From Flavobacteriales bacterium (lineage in GTDB: Bacteria > Bacteroidota > Bacteroidia > Flavobacteriales_D > Parvicellaceae), in contig JAOASC010000031.1 of NCBI GenBank assembly GCA_025210295.1, positions 44,350-108,349 of the forward strand: DNA of 64,000 nucleotides, given 5' to 3'. Below are positions 41,155 through 50,096 of this stretch, piece after piece; the first letter of the stretch is position 1, and each line of letters starts with the position of its first letter. Made by a program: the position numbers and the translations under genes. Under the pieces are notes generated by a model. The model was not told the origin of the DNA and did not search any database. It saw only the letters and a list, made by a program, of their open reading frames with translations.

Positions 41155-43299
41155 TTACATCAAATCCTTGGCATTGGTATCTCCTAAACCTGTTTTAGCA
41201 ACAAATTCAATTAACTGTGATAACAATCCTTTATCTTTTGACGATTGTGAGTCGTTCATTAACTTAAACAATAAAGAAGAAACGGTAAAGTTTTTAATAT
41301 CCTCTGATCCTAATCCAGATTGAGCAATTAATCCTTTTATCTTATCTACAACAGTACTCCCATCTTCTGTATTCATCAATTGATTTTTTACCTCATTAAT
41401 GACAGTACTTTTATCTGAGTATTGATCGATAGCTTTGGCATTTGAAATCGCTCCCATAATCTTATCAAAGAATACTGGCTCTCCACCAACGATATCGATA
41501 TTTGCTGATTTTAAAGCACTTGACAACACTTCTGCTTGAGCAGCTGCAATATCTTTTTGGATATTAATTTGTGCTAATTCTATTTCTTTTTCTTTAGCTA
41601 ATTTCAACTTAAACTCTTCATGCTCTTTACCTACACCATCAAGTTTTTTCATAGCTGCAGCTTTCTCCTCAATTCCTTTTGCTTCTGCTTCAAACTTTTT
41701 AGTCATTACATTCGCTTCTGTTAAGCCTTTTTCTTCCTGCGCTTTAGCTTTAGCTTTGATAACGTCAGCCTCTGCAACACCGATATTTGTATTCGCTTTG
41801 GCTTGAGCCATTGACTTCATCTCAATTCCTTTCGCTTCTGCTTCTGCTGTTGCTTCAATCACAGCTGCCTGCGCATTTCCTTGTTCTTCGGTTCCTTCTG
41901 CTTTAGCTTTCATCACTTTAGCTTCCGACAATCCAATTGCTGCTTTTTGAGTAGCTTCGGCATCTGCTAAAATTTTAATTGCTTCTGCTTCTTGATTAGC
42001 TGCTTGCATTTTAGCTTCTGCATCTATAATACGTTTCTTTGCTTCATATTCGGCTGCTTGTTGTGATGCTTCGGCTGCTTTTATTTGTTGAACTAATTGC
42101 TCTTGAGCTAATTTTTCAGCATTGGTAATTGCAACCGATTTTAAACGATCTGCTTCTGCAAATGCTTTGGTATCTTTTATTTTTTCTTCTTCATCAACAA
42201 CTGTCTTTTCAATTGCAACACGTTCTCTAATCGTTTCTTGAATGTTTTTACGTTCTACCTCTATTGCTTTTTCTTTTTCAATTTGAGCTAAGGTCACAAT
42301 ACGTTCTCTTTCGTTCATTTCAAGCGCTCTATCTTTTTCTACACGCTCGGCCTCCACAGCCATTGTTCGCTCTTTATTCTTTTCTGCTACAACAATTTGT
42401 CTGTTTTTATTCTCCTCTGCAACTTGAACTTCTTCGTCGGTAGCTATTCTAGCTTTTTCAGCTTTAAGACGCTCTTCTTGATTAACCTTTTCTATTTCAG
42501 CTGATTCTCTAGCTTTGATATTGGCAATTTCACGTGCTTGCTTCTCTTCTTTTTCAGCCAATTGACGTTCCATTTCCAAAATAGCTTCTCGTGTTTCTAC
42601 ATTTTGCTGTGTGATGATTTTTTCCTCATCTCTTTGGATTTGATTAGCTAAAATCTTTTGTTTAGCTGTTAACTCTGTAATTTTCTTAATCCCTTCAGAA
42701 TCTAAAATATTATTTGGACTTAGTGCATTGATATTTGTTTGCTCTAAATAATCAATTGCTGCATCATCTAATCGGTAACCGTTTAAATCTGTTCCAATAA
42801 TATCGATAATGGCTAATTTAAATTTTTCACGTTCGTTGTATAAATCAACAAAATCGATCTGCTTTCCTACGGTTTTTAAAGCTTCAGAAAACTTTGCTTC
42901 AAACAGTTCTATTATTGCTTGTTTTGATGCTGCTCTAGCACATCCAACTGATTGTGCAACCTTTATCACATCTTCTATTGATTTATTTACGCGAACAAAA
43001 AAAGCTACTTTAATATCAGCACGCATATTATCGGCACAAATTAAACCATCCGAACCACTACGTTCAATGACAATGTTCTTTAAGGAAATATCCATGATCT
43101 CTAATTTGTGTAAAACGGGGATCACTAAAATACCTCCAAACGAAACCTTGGTTCCGCCAACACCTGTTCGCACTAAAGCTTGCCCTTGTGCAGCTTTTTT
43201 ATAAAACCTAGAAATAATTGCAAAAGTCCCTAATAAGACTACTGCGATAACAATTGTAACAACTACAAAAACGTTTCCAAATAACTCTGATGTATCCAT
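41155..43299 (-). CDS. Flotillin-family protein (SPFH/band-7 domain plus long Ala/Glu-rich flotillin repeats), YqiK/FloT-like
   Basis: An N-terminal TM segment and an SPFH domain ('VRTGVGGTKVSFGGILVIPVLHKLEIMDISL') are followed by about 350 aa of EA-rich coiled coil ('AEAKGIE...'). Confidence 0.85.
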   Translation of the reverse strand: MDTSELFGNVFVVVTIVIAVVLLGTFAIISRFYKKAAQGQALVRTGVGGTKVSFGGILVIPVLHKLEIMDISLKNIVIERSGSDGLICADNMRADIKVAFFVRVNKSIEDVIKVAQSVGCARAASKQAIIELFEAKFSEALKTVGKQIDFVDLYNEREKFKLAIIDIIGTDLNGYRLDDAAIDYLEQTNINALSPNNILDSEGIKKITELTAKQKILANQIQRDEEKIITQQNVETREAILEMERQLAEKEEKQAREIANIKARESAEIEKVNQEERLKAEKARIATDEEVQVAEENKNRQIVVAEKNKERTMAVEAERVEKDRALEMNERERIVTLAQIEKEKAIEVERKNIQETIRERVAIEKTVVDEEEKIKDTKAFAEADRLKSVAITNAEKLAQEQLVQQIKAAEASQQAAEYEAKKRIIDAEAKMQAANQEAEAIKILADAEATQKAAIGLSEAKVMKAKAEGTEEQGNAQAAVIEATAEAEAKGIEMKSMAQAKANTNIGVAEADVIKAKAKAQEEKGLTEANVMTKKFEAEAKGIEEKAAAMKKLDGVGKEHEEFKLKLAKEKEIELAQINIQKDIAAAQAEVLSSALKSANIDIVGGEPVFFDKIMGAISNAKAIDQYSDKSTVINEVKNQLMNTEDGSTVVDKIKGLIAQSGLGSEDIKNFTVSSLLFKLMNDSQSSKDKGLLSQLIEFVAKTGLGDTNAKDLM

Positions 43300-43322
43300 G
43301 TTTTTTATCTATTTATTTTTTA

Positions 43323-43976
43323 TTAATGATTATACTTTTCTACGAGGAAATAATCCTCTTCTTTAATGTGGTCTAAGACCAAAACTTTATCTCCTTTTTT
43401 TACAGACGCTGCACTTTCGTGTGTTTTAATAAAAATGGTAAAGAATGACTCTCCAACCATTACATCTGCTTGTCCTTTTTGAGTTGAACTAGCCCCTAAT
43501 CGAACCTCTCCAATAGCGCCAATAAGATCATCTTCATCACTTTCTTTTTCTAATACTGCAAATAGTTTTACAAAAGGTGTTGTAAAGATTTTTGCAACAA
43601 ATAAACTCACAATAAAGATGGGAACTAACAAGGCTAAACTGAGGAGGAATGAAGTATTTCCTAAAATGTGATTAGACATTACCGACAACACCCACATTGG
43701 TATAGCCAAAAAAGTTAAAAACACCATAAAAGGAATTTTACCCAAATTAAAAAAGGCTAATATTTTATTTAAGGCAAATAAATTTGAGGCTGAATTCCCT
43801 TCTACTTCAATATCTGCATCCACATCTATGTCAGCGTCTATCTCTACATCAAAGTCTAAAAAATCGGTATCAACTGCTCCGATCAAGACAATCAACCAAT
43901 AGAACAGTACCAACACAAAAAGGGTTGTCGGGATAAAATTTACTCCCGAAAAAACAATATTTATTAATTCGTTCAT
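43323..43976 (-). CDS. YqiJ/NfeD-like membrane protein (DUF1449-type) paired with flotillin
   Basis: The protein has an N-terminal TM segment, an Asp-rich acidic loop ('DTDFLDFDVEIDADIDVDADIEVEG'), further TM helices and a C-terminal soluble beta domain. It lies directly upstream of the flotillin gene, as in yqiJ-yqiK. Confidence 0.6.
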   Translation of the reverse strand: MNELINIVFSGVNFIPTTLFVLVLFYWLIVLIGAVDTDFLDFDVEIDADIDVDADIEVEGNSASNLFALNKILAFFNLGKIPFMVFLTFLAIPMWVLSVMSNHILGNTSFLLSLALLVPIFIVSLFVAKIFTTPFVKLFAVLEKESDEDDLIGAIGEVRLGASSTQKGQADVMVGESFFTIFIKTHESAASVKKGDKVLVLDHIKEEDYFLVEKYNH

Positions 43977-43984
43977 TGTTCTTT

Positions 43985-44380
43985 TTATTGATGTGAGAAA
44001 TTAATCAAATCAGAAGCGTGCTCTGACAATAACAGACTCAAAGAATTTATACTTCCTTCAAGTTCGTTAAGATCTAAATTCTCCAATTGCAAGGTATCTC
44101 TAAAAATAACTTTGGTTCCTGTTTCATCTAATGTAAACGCTCCATGAATAATTGTTCTATTTTTTTCTAATAAAAACTTCAATGCCTCGATATTTGAAGC
44201 ATCTATTTCAAATAAAAATTGTTCTAAAATCAATATGGGGTTGGCACATCCAATCACTAAATTTTGCAATCCAAACTCTGGTTGATTGATTACAAAAACT
44301 TCGTCATCTGCATTTTCAAAGGTAATGTTATGCTCCAACTCTATTAAGTAGTTTTTTATCTTTTCGAAATGTGTCTTCAT
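43985..44380 (-). CDS. YbjN-domain protein (131 aa), paralog A
   Basis: Size and motifs ('PILILEQFLFE', 'RDTLQLENLDLNELEGSINSLSLL') fit YbjN. It is clearly paralogous to 50097..50492. Confidence 0.6.
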   Translation of the reverse strand: MKTHFEKIKNYLIELEHNITFENADDEVFVINQPEFGLQNLVIGCANPILILEQFLFEIDASNIEALKFLLEKNRTIIHGAFTLDETGTKVIFRDTLQLENLDLNELEGSINSLSLLLSEHASDLINFSHQ

Positions 44381-44521
44381 TGGTTTATTTTTATCTTTTT
44401 TCTTGTTTATAAATGTAATCTTTTTTTGTTTTGTTTTAGCTTTTTTTCATCATTTCTACTCTGCGGTTTGATTTTATTAATTTTTGTGCTTTTTCTCATT
44501 TTTTTCATCCCCCGACATCAA

Positions 44522-46117
44522 TCAATAAATTTTCCAATTTCCTTTTTTGTAGTAGGTATACAACACTGGGTTAAACAAGGTATTGACTGCTGTATTTGTA
44601 GTATCCACCATCGGCTTCCCAAACAATGTTATTGCTTTTGAAGCATCATTATTCAACCATTCTAAATCAAGTTTATCATAATCAAAATTAATCATCTTTT
44701 GTTTTAGCGCTGTTGAAGAATACTGTTTACTTCCCATAATCCAACCCCACTCTCCCATGGTTAAAATTTGACTATGCAATGGCAATGTATTAAACCCACC
44801 TGCTCGCATGCTTTTTTCAACACAATAAAATGCTTTACTAGCATAATAAGGGCTCCCCGCCTGAGTTATTATCGCTCCACTTTTTGTTAATCGTTGACTA
44901 CATAAGAAGTAAAATTCTCTGGTATATAATTTATTCAAATCTACATTGTTAGGATCTGGTAAATCAATAATAATAACATCATACAATATTTTATTATGTT
45001 CTAAAAACTGAAAAGCATCTTCGTGTTTAATCGTTACTTTTTGATGGTTTAAAGCTCCCTTATTCATCTCAAGAAACAACTCATTTTCCTTAGCCAGCTC
45101 TGTCATTTTCGGGTCTAAATCAACTAACGTTATCTCTTCTATGTCTTTATAGTTTAACAATTCTCGCACTGCACATCCATCTCCTCCTCCTAATACTAAT
45201 ACTCTTTTTTTGTTTTCTACAACATTAACTACTGGATGCACCAAAGGCTCATGATACATATATTCATCAAAAGAGGATAATTGTAAATTTCCATTAATAA
45301 ACAACGAGTAATTATCCTGCCATTGAGTCATGACTATTTTTTGATATTGTGTTTCTGTTTGGAACACTATTTTATCTCGATATTTTTTTTGATCTCCATA
45401 CAACACTATTGGTTTAGCAAAATACAATCCTACAAAAATTACAACTCCAACAACCATAAACCAAACCGTTAATATTTTTCTATATTTTTCACTGATTACT
45501 TTTCTTAGGTATAAAAAAGTAAACAATGCTACTGTAAAATTTAACAGTCCTAAGACAAAAGGAGTATATGTTAATCCTAAAAAAGGCATACCTACAAAAG
45601 CAAAAAACAATCCACCGACTAAGCTCCCATAATAATCTTTTTCTAAAACTGAAGCTACATTTACTTTTAGCTCTTCAAACTCCTCATTTAATCTTGTTAC
45701 TAAAGGAATTTCTAAGCCTATTAATAACCCCACAACAATAGACAAGGCGTAAATAAATACTGGAGAATATCTCCCATAGGTAATGTATACAGCTAACGCA
45801 CAAAAAGAAACTAAAAAGGAAAGAATCAGTTCTAAGTAAATAAACTTAACCAACAACTCTTTTTCTATCAACTTGCTTAACCGACTTCCAAATCCCATTG
45901 CAAAAAGCATGGTGGACACAATTAAAGCAAATTGAACTACAGCATTCCCAATAAAATAAGAAGCTAACGTTGATAAGACATATTCTGCTACAATACCACT
46001 TATTCCTGTAGCAAACAATGCTATTTTAAGAACTGCCGACTTTCGTTTATTTGTTTGATCTACTACGCTCAATTTATTTTCTTTTTTTAAAGCGTCCAAT
46101 CCAATAATATAGAGCAT
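44522..46117 (-). CDS. speE: Polyamine aminopropyltransferase (spermidine synthase family) fused to an N-terminal polytopic membrane domain
   Basis: About 220 aa of TM helices are followed by the spermidine synthase core ('VLVLGGGDGCAVRELL', 'ITLVDLDPKM', 'DVIIIDLPDP'). Confidence 0.85.
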   Translation of the reverse strand: MLYIIGLDALKKENKLSVVDQTNKRKSAVLKIALFATGISGIVAEYVLSTLASYFIGNAVVQFALIVSTMLFAMGFGSRLSKLIEKELLVKFIYLELILSFLVSFCALAVYITYGRYSPVFIYALSIVVGLLIGLEIPLVTRLNEEFEELKVNVASVLEKDYYGSLVGGLFFAFVGMPFLGLTYTPFVLGLLNFTVALFTFLYLRKVISEKYRKILTVWFMVVGVVIFVGLYFAKPIVLYGDQKKYRDKIVFQTETQYQKIVMTQWQDNYSLFINGNLQLSSFDEYMYHEPLVHPVVNVVENKKRVLVLGGGDGCAVRELLNYKDIEEITLVDLDPKMTELAKENELFLEMNKGALNHQKVTIKHEDAFQFLEHNKILYDVIIIDLPDPNNVDLNKLYTREFYFLCSQRLTKSGAIITQAGSPYYASKAFYCVEKSMRAGGFNTLPLHSQILTMGEWGWIMGSKQYSSTALKQKMINFDYDKLDLEWLNNDASKAITLFGKPMVDTTNTAVNTLFNPVLYTYYKKGNWKIY

Positions 46118-46965
46118 CCTACATAAGCAAACGCTTCTACTAATCCTGCTCCAACATTAGGCTTCTCCTGATTCACCAATTCATCTGTTAGTTTTTGCCC
46201 TGGCAACAGCAACTTATCTGCCACCACCCTTACAACTGGTAAAATGGCTAATGCAATAACAGAGTTATACAAAATAGAATAAGCCGAAACCTCCCAAGAA
46301 ATAAAATCTCCTTGAATCCCATGTCTTATCAAATTTGCGATCGATATAATTACCCCAGAATAGGCTATTCCAACAGCAAAGTTATTTTTCTTAATCTCAT
46401 CTAATAGGCTAAAATTTAATATTGCATTATATACAAAAGTTGAAAGTACAAACATTAGCATTCCTACTCCCCAAAAAATTATTGTACTTAAAAACCCATT
46501 GATCACATCATGGTGACTATCTCCCGATACTGCACCATATATAATTAATCCAGTAGCAACAGAAATTGCAGCCTCTAAAACTCCTACCCCAACATTCTGA
46601 TCTTCAACTAATTCATGCTTTAGATTCATCCTTCTAAGAATCAAGAAGTCATTCAATACAATACTCAAGTTAAGTAATATAATACTAATCAAAGCATACA
46701 AAGAAAAATCAGTTAGATCGTCTACCAAATTACCTGTTGTTCCTCCAGTAAGTGCACCTCCCAACGCGATCACAATACCCGACAAGTACCCAACATTGGC
46801 AAAAGCAAAAGCAAAATTATCTTGTTCTACCAATTCATGGTTCATATCAATTTCTTTATGCAATAATTGATAAACTTTCCTGCTAACAACTAAAAAAAAT
46901 AAACTTAAAATTGTATAAGCAAATGTTGCAAAATAACTATCGGGATTTGTAAAAAATTCGTTCAT
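46087..46965 (-). CDS. Membrane protein with two DUF350-like repeats
   Basis: Two hydrophobic modules of about 130 aa each contain 'NVGYLSGIVIALGGALTG' / 'AVGIAYSGVIISIANLI' and 'HELVEQDN' / 'HELVEDQN'. The gene overlaps the speE start by 31 nt. Confidence 0.6.
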   Translation of the reverse strand: MNEFFTNPDSYFATFAYTILSLFFLVVSRKVYQLLHKEIDMNHELVEQDNFAFAFANVGYLSGIVIALGGALTGGTTGNLVDDLTDFSLYALISIILLNLSIVLNDFLILRRMNLKHELVEDQNVGVGVLEAAISVATGLIIYGAVSGDSHHDVINGFLSTIIFWGVGMLMFVLSTFVYNAILNFSLLDEIKKNNFAVGIAYSGVIISIANLIRHGIQGDFISWEVSAYSILYNSVIALAILPVVRVVADKLLLPGQKLTDELVNQEKPNVGAGLVEAFAYVGCSILLDWTL

Positions 46966-46967
46966 AA

Positions 46968-47480
46968 TTAATTTCCTGGTAATAATTTATCTATTGCAAA
47001 TGGGTTGATCTTTTTTCCTAAATGCGCTTCAAACTCAAATTTACTCCATCGTTCAATACATATAAACTCGTCTTTTTCATTCCAATACATCCAAGAAGTT
47101 AATTCTGACCAGCCTTCTGCCCCTTCTTTTTGATACTCTCCAAAAGCTTCCTCATCTAATTTATACACCTCGCTGTTATAGATTAAGTTTTCAGGAACGG
47201 AGGCATAAGTTAAAACTTCATCTTTAAAACGAGGTGCCACCTTAAGGATTTCAGCTGGCACTGTCATATACAATACACCATCATCAGCCACCTCTAAAAA
47301 AAGCACCGAACTACCATCGCTGAGTTTATACTCTCTAGATTTAAAATTGTTTTCCCATAGGTAGTGGTAAACCTCTTGTACTACCCAGTTTTTCATATCA
47401 TACTCCAAAGTAGCCCCAATAGTTAAATTATGAAGTGTTGCCTCAACCGGCTCCTCTTTTTTCTTAAAAAATCCAAACAT
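46968..47480 (-). CDS. DUF4178-like soluble protein
   Basis: The N-terminal 'L.IGATLEYDMKNWVVQEVYHY.WENNFKSREYKL' is paralogous to the N-terminus of the next gene. Confidence 0.5.
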   Translation of the reverse strand: MFGFFKKKEEPVEATLHNLTIGATLEYDMKNWVVQEVYHYLWENNFKSREYKLSDGSSVLFLEVADDGVLYMTVPAEILKVAPRFKDEVLTYASVPENLIYNSEVYKLDEEAFGEYQKEGAEGWSELTSWMYWNEKDEFICIERWSKFEFEAHLGKKINPFAIDKLLPGN

Positions 47481-47523
47481 TTTAATTTTATTTTTTGTTC
47501 AAACAAGCTCTTTTCAATGACTT

Positions 47524-48276
47524 TTACTTTCCAAAGCCACCACCTCCACCGCGGAATCCACCGCCGCCACCTCCAGACCAGCCACCTCCACCAACATGAT
47601 GGTATCTACCAGAGTTTCCTGTATGAATATATGTTCCATTACAACCTCTAGACATGATGACGATGAAAACAACCAAAATAATCATAAAAAGGATAATCTT
47701 AACAGGTGTTGGATTATCATCCCCTCCTCCTTTGTAGGTCGAATTGTAACCGTGTTTACGTTGTAATTTTCTTTCTCTAGCTCTATTCGGATCTCCCGGT
47801 GTAACGTTGCTTATTTCTAACTCTTGTACCTTATGACCATGACAAGCTTCTATATCTCCATCCCAATTTTCTACTGAAATAAATTCTTCTCCTTGACTAT
47901 CGTAATAATCCCATAAATAAAATGACTCCCAATAATTATCTTCATCATTTCTCGCTTCGGAATTAAATTTTTCATTAAAGGAATATGTTTTGCCTTGATA
48001 TCCAATTGTTGGTATAGGATCTGCATAAGGTATAAAATCAGATGATTTCAGCGGTATATCAATCTCTTTACTAAAAAGTATTTTTAATACACCATCATCC
48101 TCTACCTCTAAATACCCTTCTTCATCTCCAGCATATATTTTATATTCTTTGCTGGTAAAATTATTCCCCCATTTGTAATGATATACCTCTTCTACAATCC
48201 ATGTTTTTAGATTGTAATCAAACGTATAGCCTACTTTAAGCTCTGTTAATTTTGGTTCGAAAGATGAATCACTCAT
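47524..48276 (-). CDS. DUF4178-like domain protein with a TM anchor and a C-terminal poly-Gly tail
   Basis: The segment 'LKVGYTFDYNLKTWIVEEVYHYKWGNNFTSKEYKI' is paralogous to the preceding gene. It is followed by a TM helix ('IILFMIILVVFIVIM') and the tail 'GGGGWSGGGGGGFRGGGGGFGK'. Confidence 0.5.
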   Translation of the reverse strand: MSDSSFEPKLTELKVGYTFDYNLKTWIVEEVYHYKWGNNFTSKEYKIYAGDEEGYLEVEDDGVLKILFSKEIDIPLKSSDFIPYADPIPTIGYQGKTYSFNEKFNSEARNDEDNYWESFYLWDYYDSQGEEFISVENWDGDIEACHGHKVQELEISNVTPGDPNRARERKLQRKHGYNSTYKGGGDDNPTPVKIILFMIILVVFIVIMSRGCNGTYIHTGNSGRYHHVGGGGWSGGGGGGFRGGGGGFGK

Positions 48277-48277
48277 A

Positions 48278-48652
48278 TTATTTGTTAAAACTTGGGGTTA
48301 ATTGATTAATTGTTCCTCTTTTTACTTCTTTTAACTCCATTATCTCTGCTTCAAATATCGTTTTAATATACGCTAATGCCTCTGTTAATTCATAAGATTC
48401 ATTACATGTAAAAAAATCTAATGCTACATACTTGTATTCTGGCCAAGTATGAATGGCTATATGACTTTCTTTAATCACAATAACCCCACTTACCCCAATT
48501 GGGTTAAAATGATGTATTGTTGTATTCACAACAGATAAACTGGCGATTTTCGCAGCTTCTAATAACGTTTTTTCTACAAGAGCTGTGTCATTGATTTTTT
48601 TAGCATCACAACCATGTAATTCAATTAATGTATGAAAACCAAGCGTCTGCAT
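48278..48652 (-). CDS. speD: S-adenosylmethionine decarboxylase proenzyme (pyruvoyl-dependent, SpeH/SpeD class 1)
   Basis: The processing and active-site motif 'VIKESHIAIHTWPE' is present, with self-cleavage at the E-S bond. The 124-aa size fits the family. Confidence 0.8.
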   Translation of the reverse strand: MQTLGFHTLIELHGCDAKKINDTALVEKTLLEAAKIASLSVVNTTIHHFNPIGVSGVIVIKESHIAIHTWPEYKYVALDFFTCNESYELTEALAYIKTIFEAEIMELKEVKRGTINQLTPSFNK

Positions 48653-49186
48653 TTATCTTCTCTTTGAAATTCGTTGGGGAGAATATTTCACTAAAGGTTT
48701 CCCAGTATATTTTGCCACCACTTTACCTAATTCTAAAGCTTCTTCGTAGTCATCAAACTGACTTATTAATAACCTTCCTAAATGTTTTGGAGTTAGAAAA
48801 ACAAGATCGTGTTTATAGATATAATCTCCTCCTGTTTCGTAATAACTTTCGGTGTTATCATCATAACTGTCATCATAACTATACCTTTTAGAAATGATAC
48901 TTATATCCCTGTATTTCACCAAATCATTCTCCTTAGTATATGTTACACCAAAGACATTTAATTGATTTTTAAACGTTTTCTCTTTATAGTTAATTATTAT
49001 CATTTCTTTTGCAAACAGCATTATTGAACCTGCTACAAATAAAAAAGTTCCAAAGAGAAGAGAGACCCAATTACCTCCACCAAAAAAACTTAAAACTACT
49101 GCAAAACCACCAGTAACTAAAAAAGCTGCACCTGTTACCCTATGAGAAATACCAAAACTATATCCTTTATCTATTTTTTTTATCAT
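48653..49186 (-). CDS. Hypothetical membrane protein (2 N-terminal TM helices plus a cytoplasmic domain) between pspA and speD
   Basis: The hydrophobic N-terminus is 'GAAFLVTGGFAVVLSFFGGGNWVSLLFGTFLFVAGSIMLFA'. There is no known motif. The track start at 49189 is TTG. The ATG is at 49186. Confidence 0.4.
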   Translation of the reverse strand: MIKKIDKGYSFGISHRVTGAAFLVTGGFAVVLSFFGGGNWVSLLFGTFLFVAGSIMLFAKEMIIINYKEKTFKNQLNVFGVTYTKENDLVKYRDISIISKRYSYDDSYDDNTESYYETGGDYIYKHDLVFLTPKHLGRLLISQFDDYEEALELGKVVAKYTGKPLVKYSPQRISKRR

Positions 49187-49369
49187 CAACCTTTAAGTAA
49201 CTCCAAATGCTTTTAACAATTCGGCTCATCATTTTAAAAAACGGAAAAATAATTTTATCGAAAAAAAATCCGGAAAAAGATGAACAACAATATCTAAAAA
49301 CAGCTCCAGCAACATTTTATAAAAAGTCTAACAAACCATAGCGTTTGTTAGACTTCTAGTTATTAGAAA

Positions 49370-50068
49370 TTACATTCCCATTTTTTTCTTCAACTCTGCT
49401 AATGCATCAGCAGAATCTGCATCAACATTATCTAGAGCGGCATCAATTTCTTCATCTACGCTTTTAGATTGCTCAGCAATATCTCCATAAGCTTCTGCTA
49501 ACGCTTCTTCTTCGGCAACTTTGTCTTTCATTTTTTCTAACATTGCTATTGTTCCTGTAGAATCTACTTGAGACAATTGCTTGTTGATCTTCTTCGTTGC
49601 TTTACTTACTTTCATACGAGCTTTTAATGTTTTCAACTCATTCTCGTATTTACTAATATTTGATTTTACTTTGTTGATATTCGCTTCTAATTGCGCTATT
49701 GATTGATCAAACTTTTGAACTTCTGCTTGCGCTCTAGCTCCATTTTCTTTTGCTTGTTGCACTCTTTTTAACGCTTCAGTAGCCAAACGATCTGCTTCAG
49801 CAGCATCCATTTTCCCTTCTTTTGCATTATTTAAAAGCGTCATCGCTTTTTTCTCAAAATCCTCAACTTGAAATTTAGATTTATTCAAATCAGCATTTGA
49901 ACGAATTCTTAACGCTTTAACTTCAGCTAAAGCTTTTAGAGAAGCATCTAAATCTTTCTTTAGATCTCTAATTCCTTGTTCTGTTAATTTTATTGGGTCC
50001 TCTAACTTATCTACCAAGTTATGTGCCTCTGATTGTCCTATTTTAAAAAGTCTTCTAAATATACTCAT
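49370..50068 (-). CDS. pspA: PspA/IM30 (phage shock protein A / Vipp1 / YjfJ) family protein
   Basis: The N-terminus 'MSIFRRLFKIGQSEAHNLVDKLEDPIKLTEQGIRDLKKDL' is typical of PspA/IM30. The rest is coiled-coil over 232 aa. Confidence 0.85.
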   Translation of the reverse strand: MSIFRRLFKIGQSEAHNLVDKLEDPIKLTEQGIRDLKKDLDASLKALAEVKALRIRSNADLNKSKFQVEDFEKKAMTLLNNAKEGKMDAAEADRLATEALKRVQQAKENGARAQAEVQKFDQSIAQLEANINKVKSNISKYENELKTLKARMKVSKATKKINKQLSQVDSTGTIAMLEKMKDKVAEEEALAEAYGDIAEQSKSVDEEIDAALDNVDADSADALAELKKKMGM

Positions 50069-50096
50069 GATTGTCTTTTTTTACGTATTCAAATTA

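Noticed and set aside
41057-41323. Plus-strand 88-aa ORF and the 40862..41053 minus ORF in the flotillin/ATPase junction
   Set aside because: They overlap the flotillin 3' end and the ATPase 5' end respectively. They have no signal peptide or domain. The region is better explained as intergenic with a hairpin.
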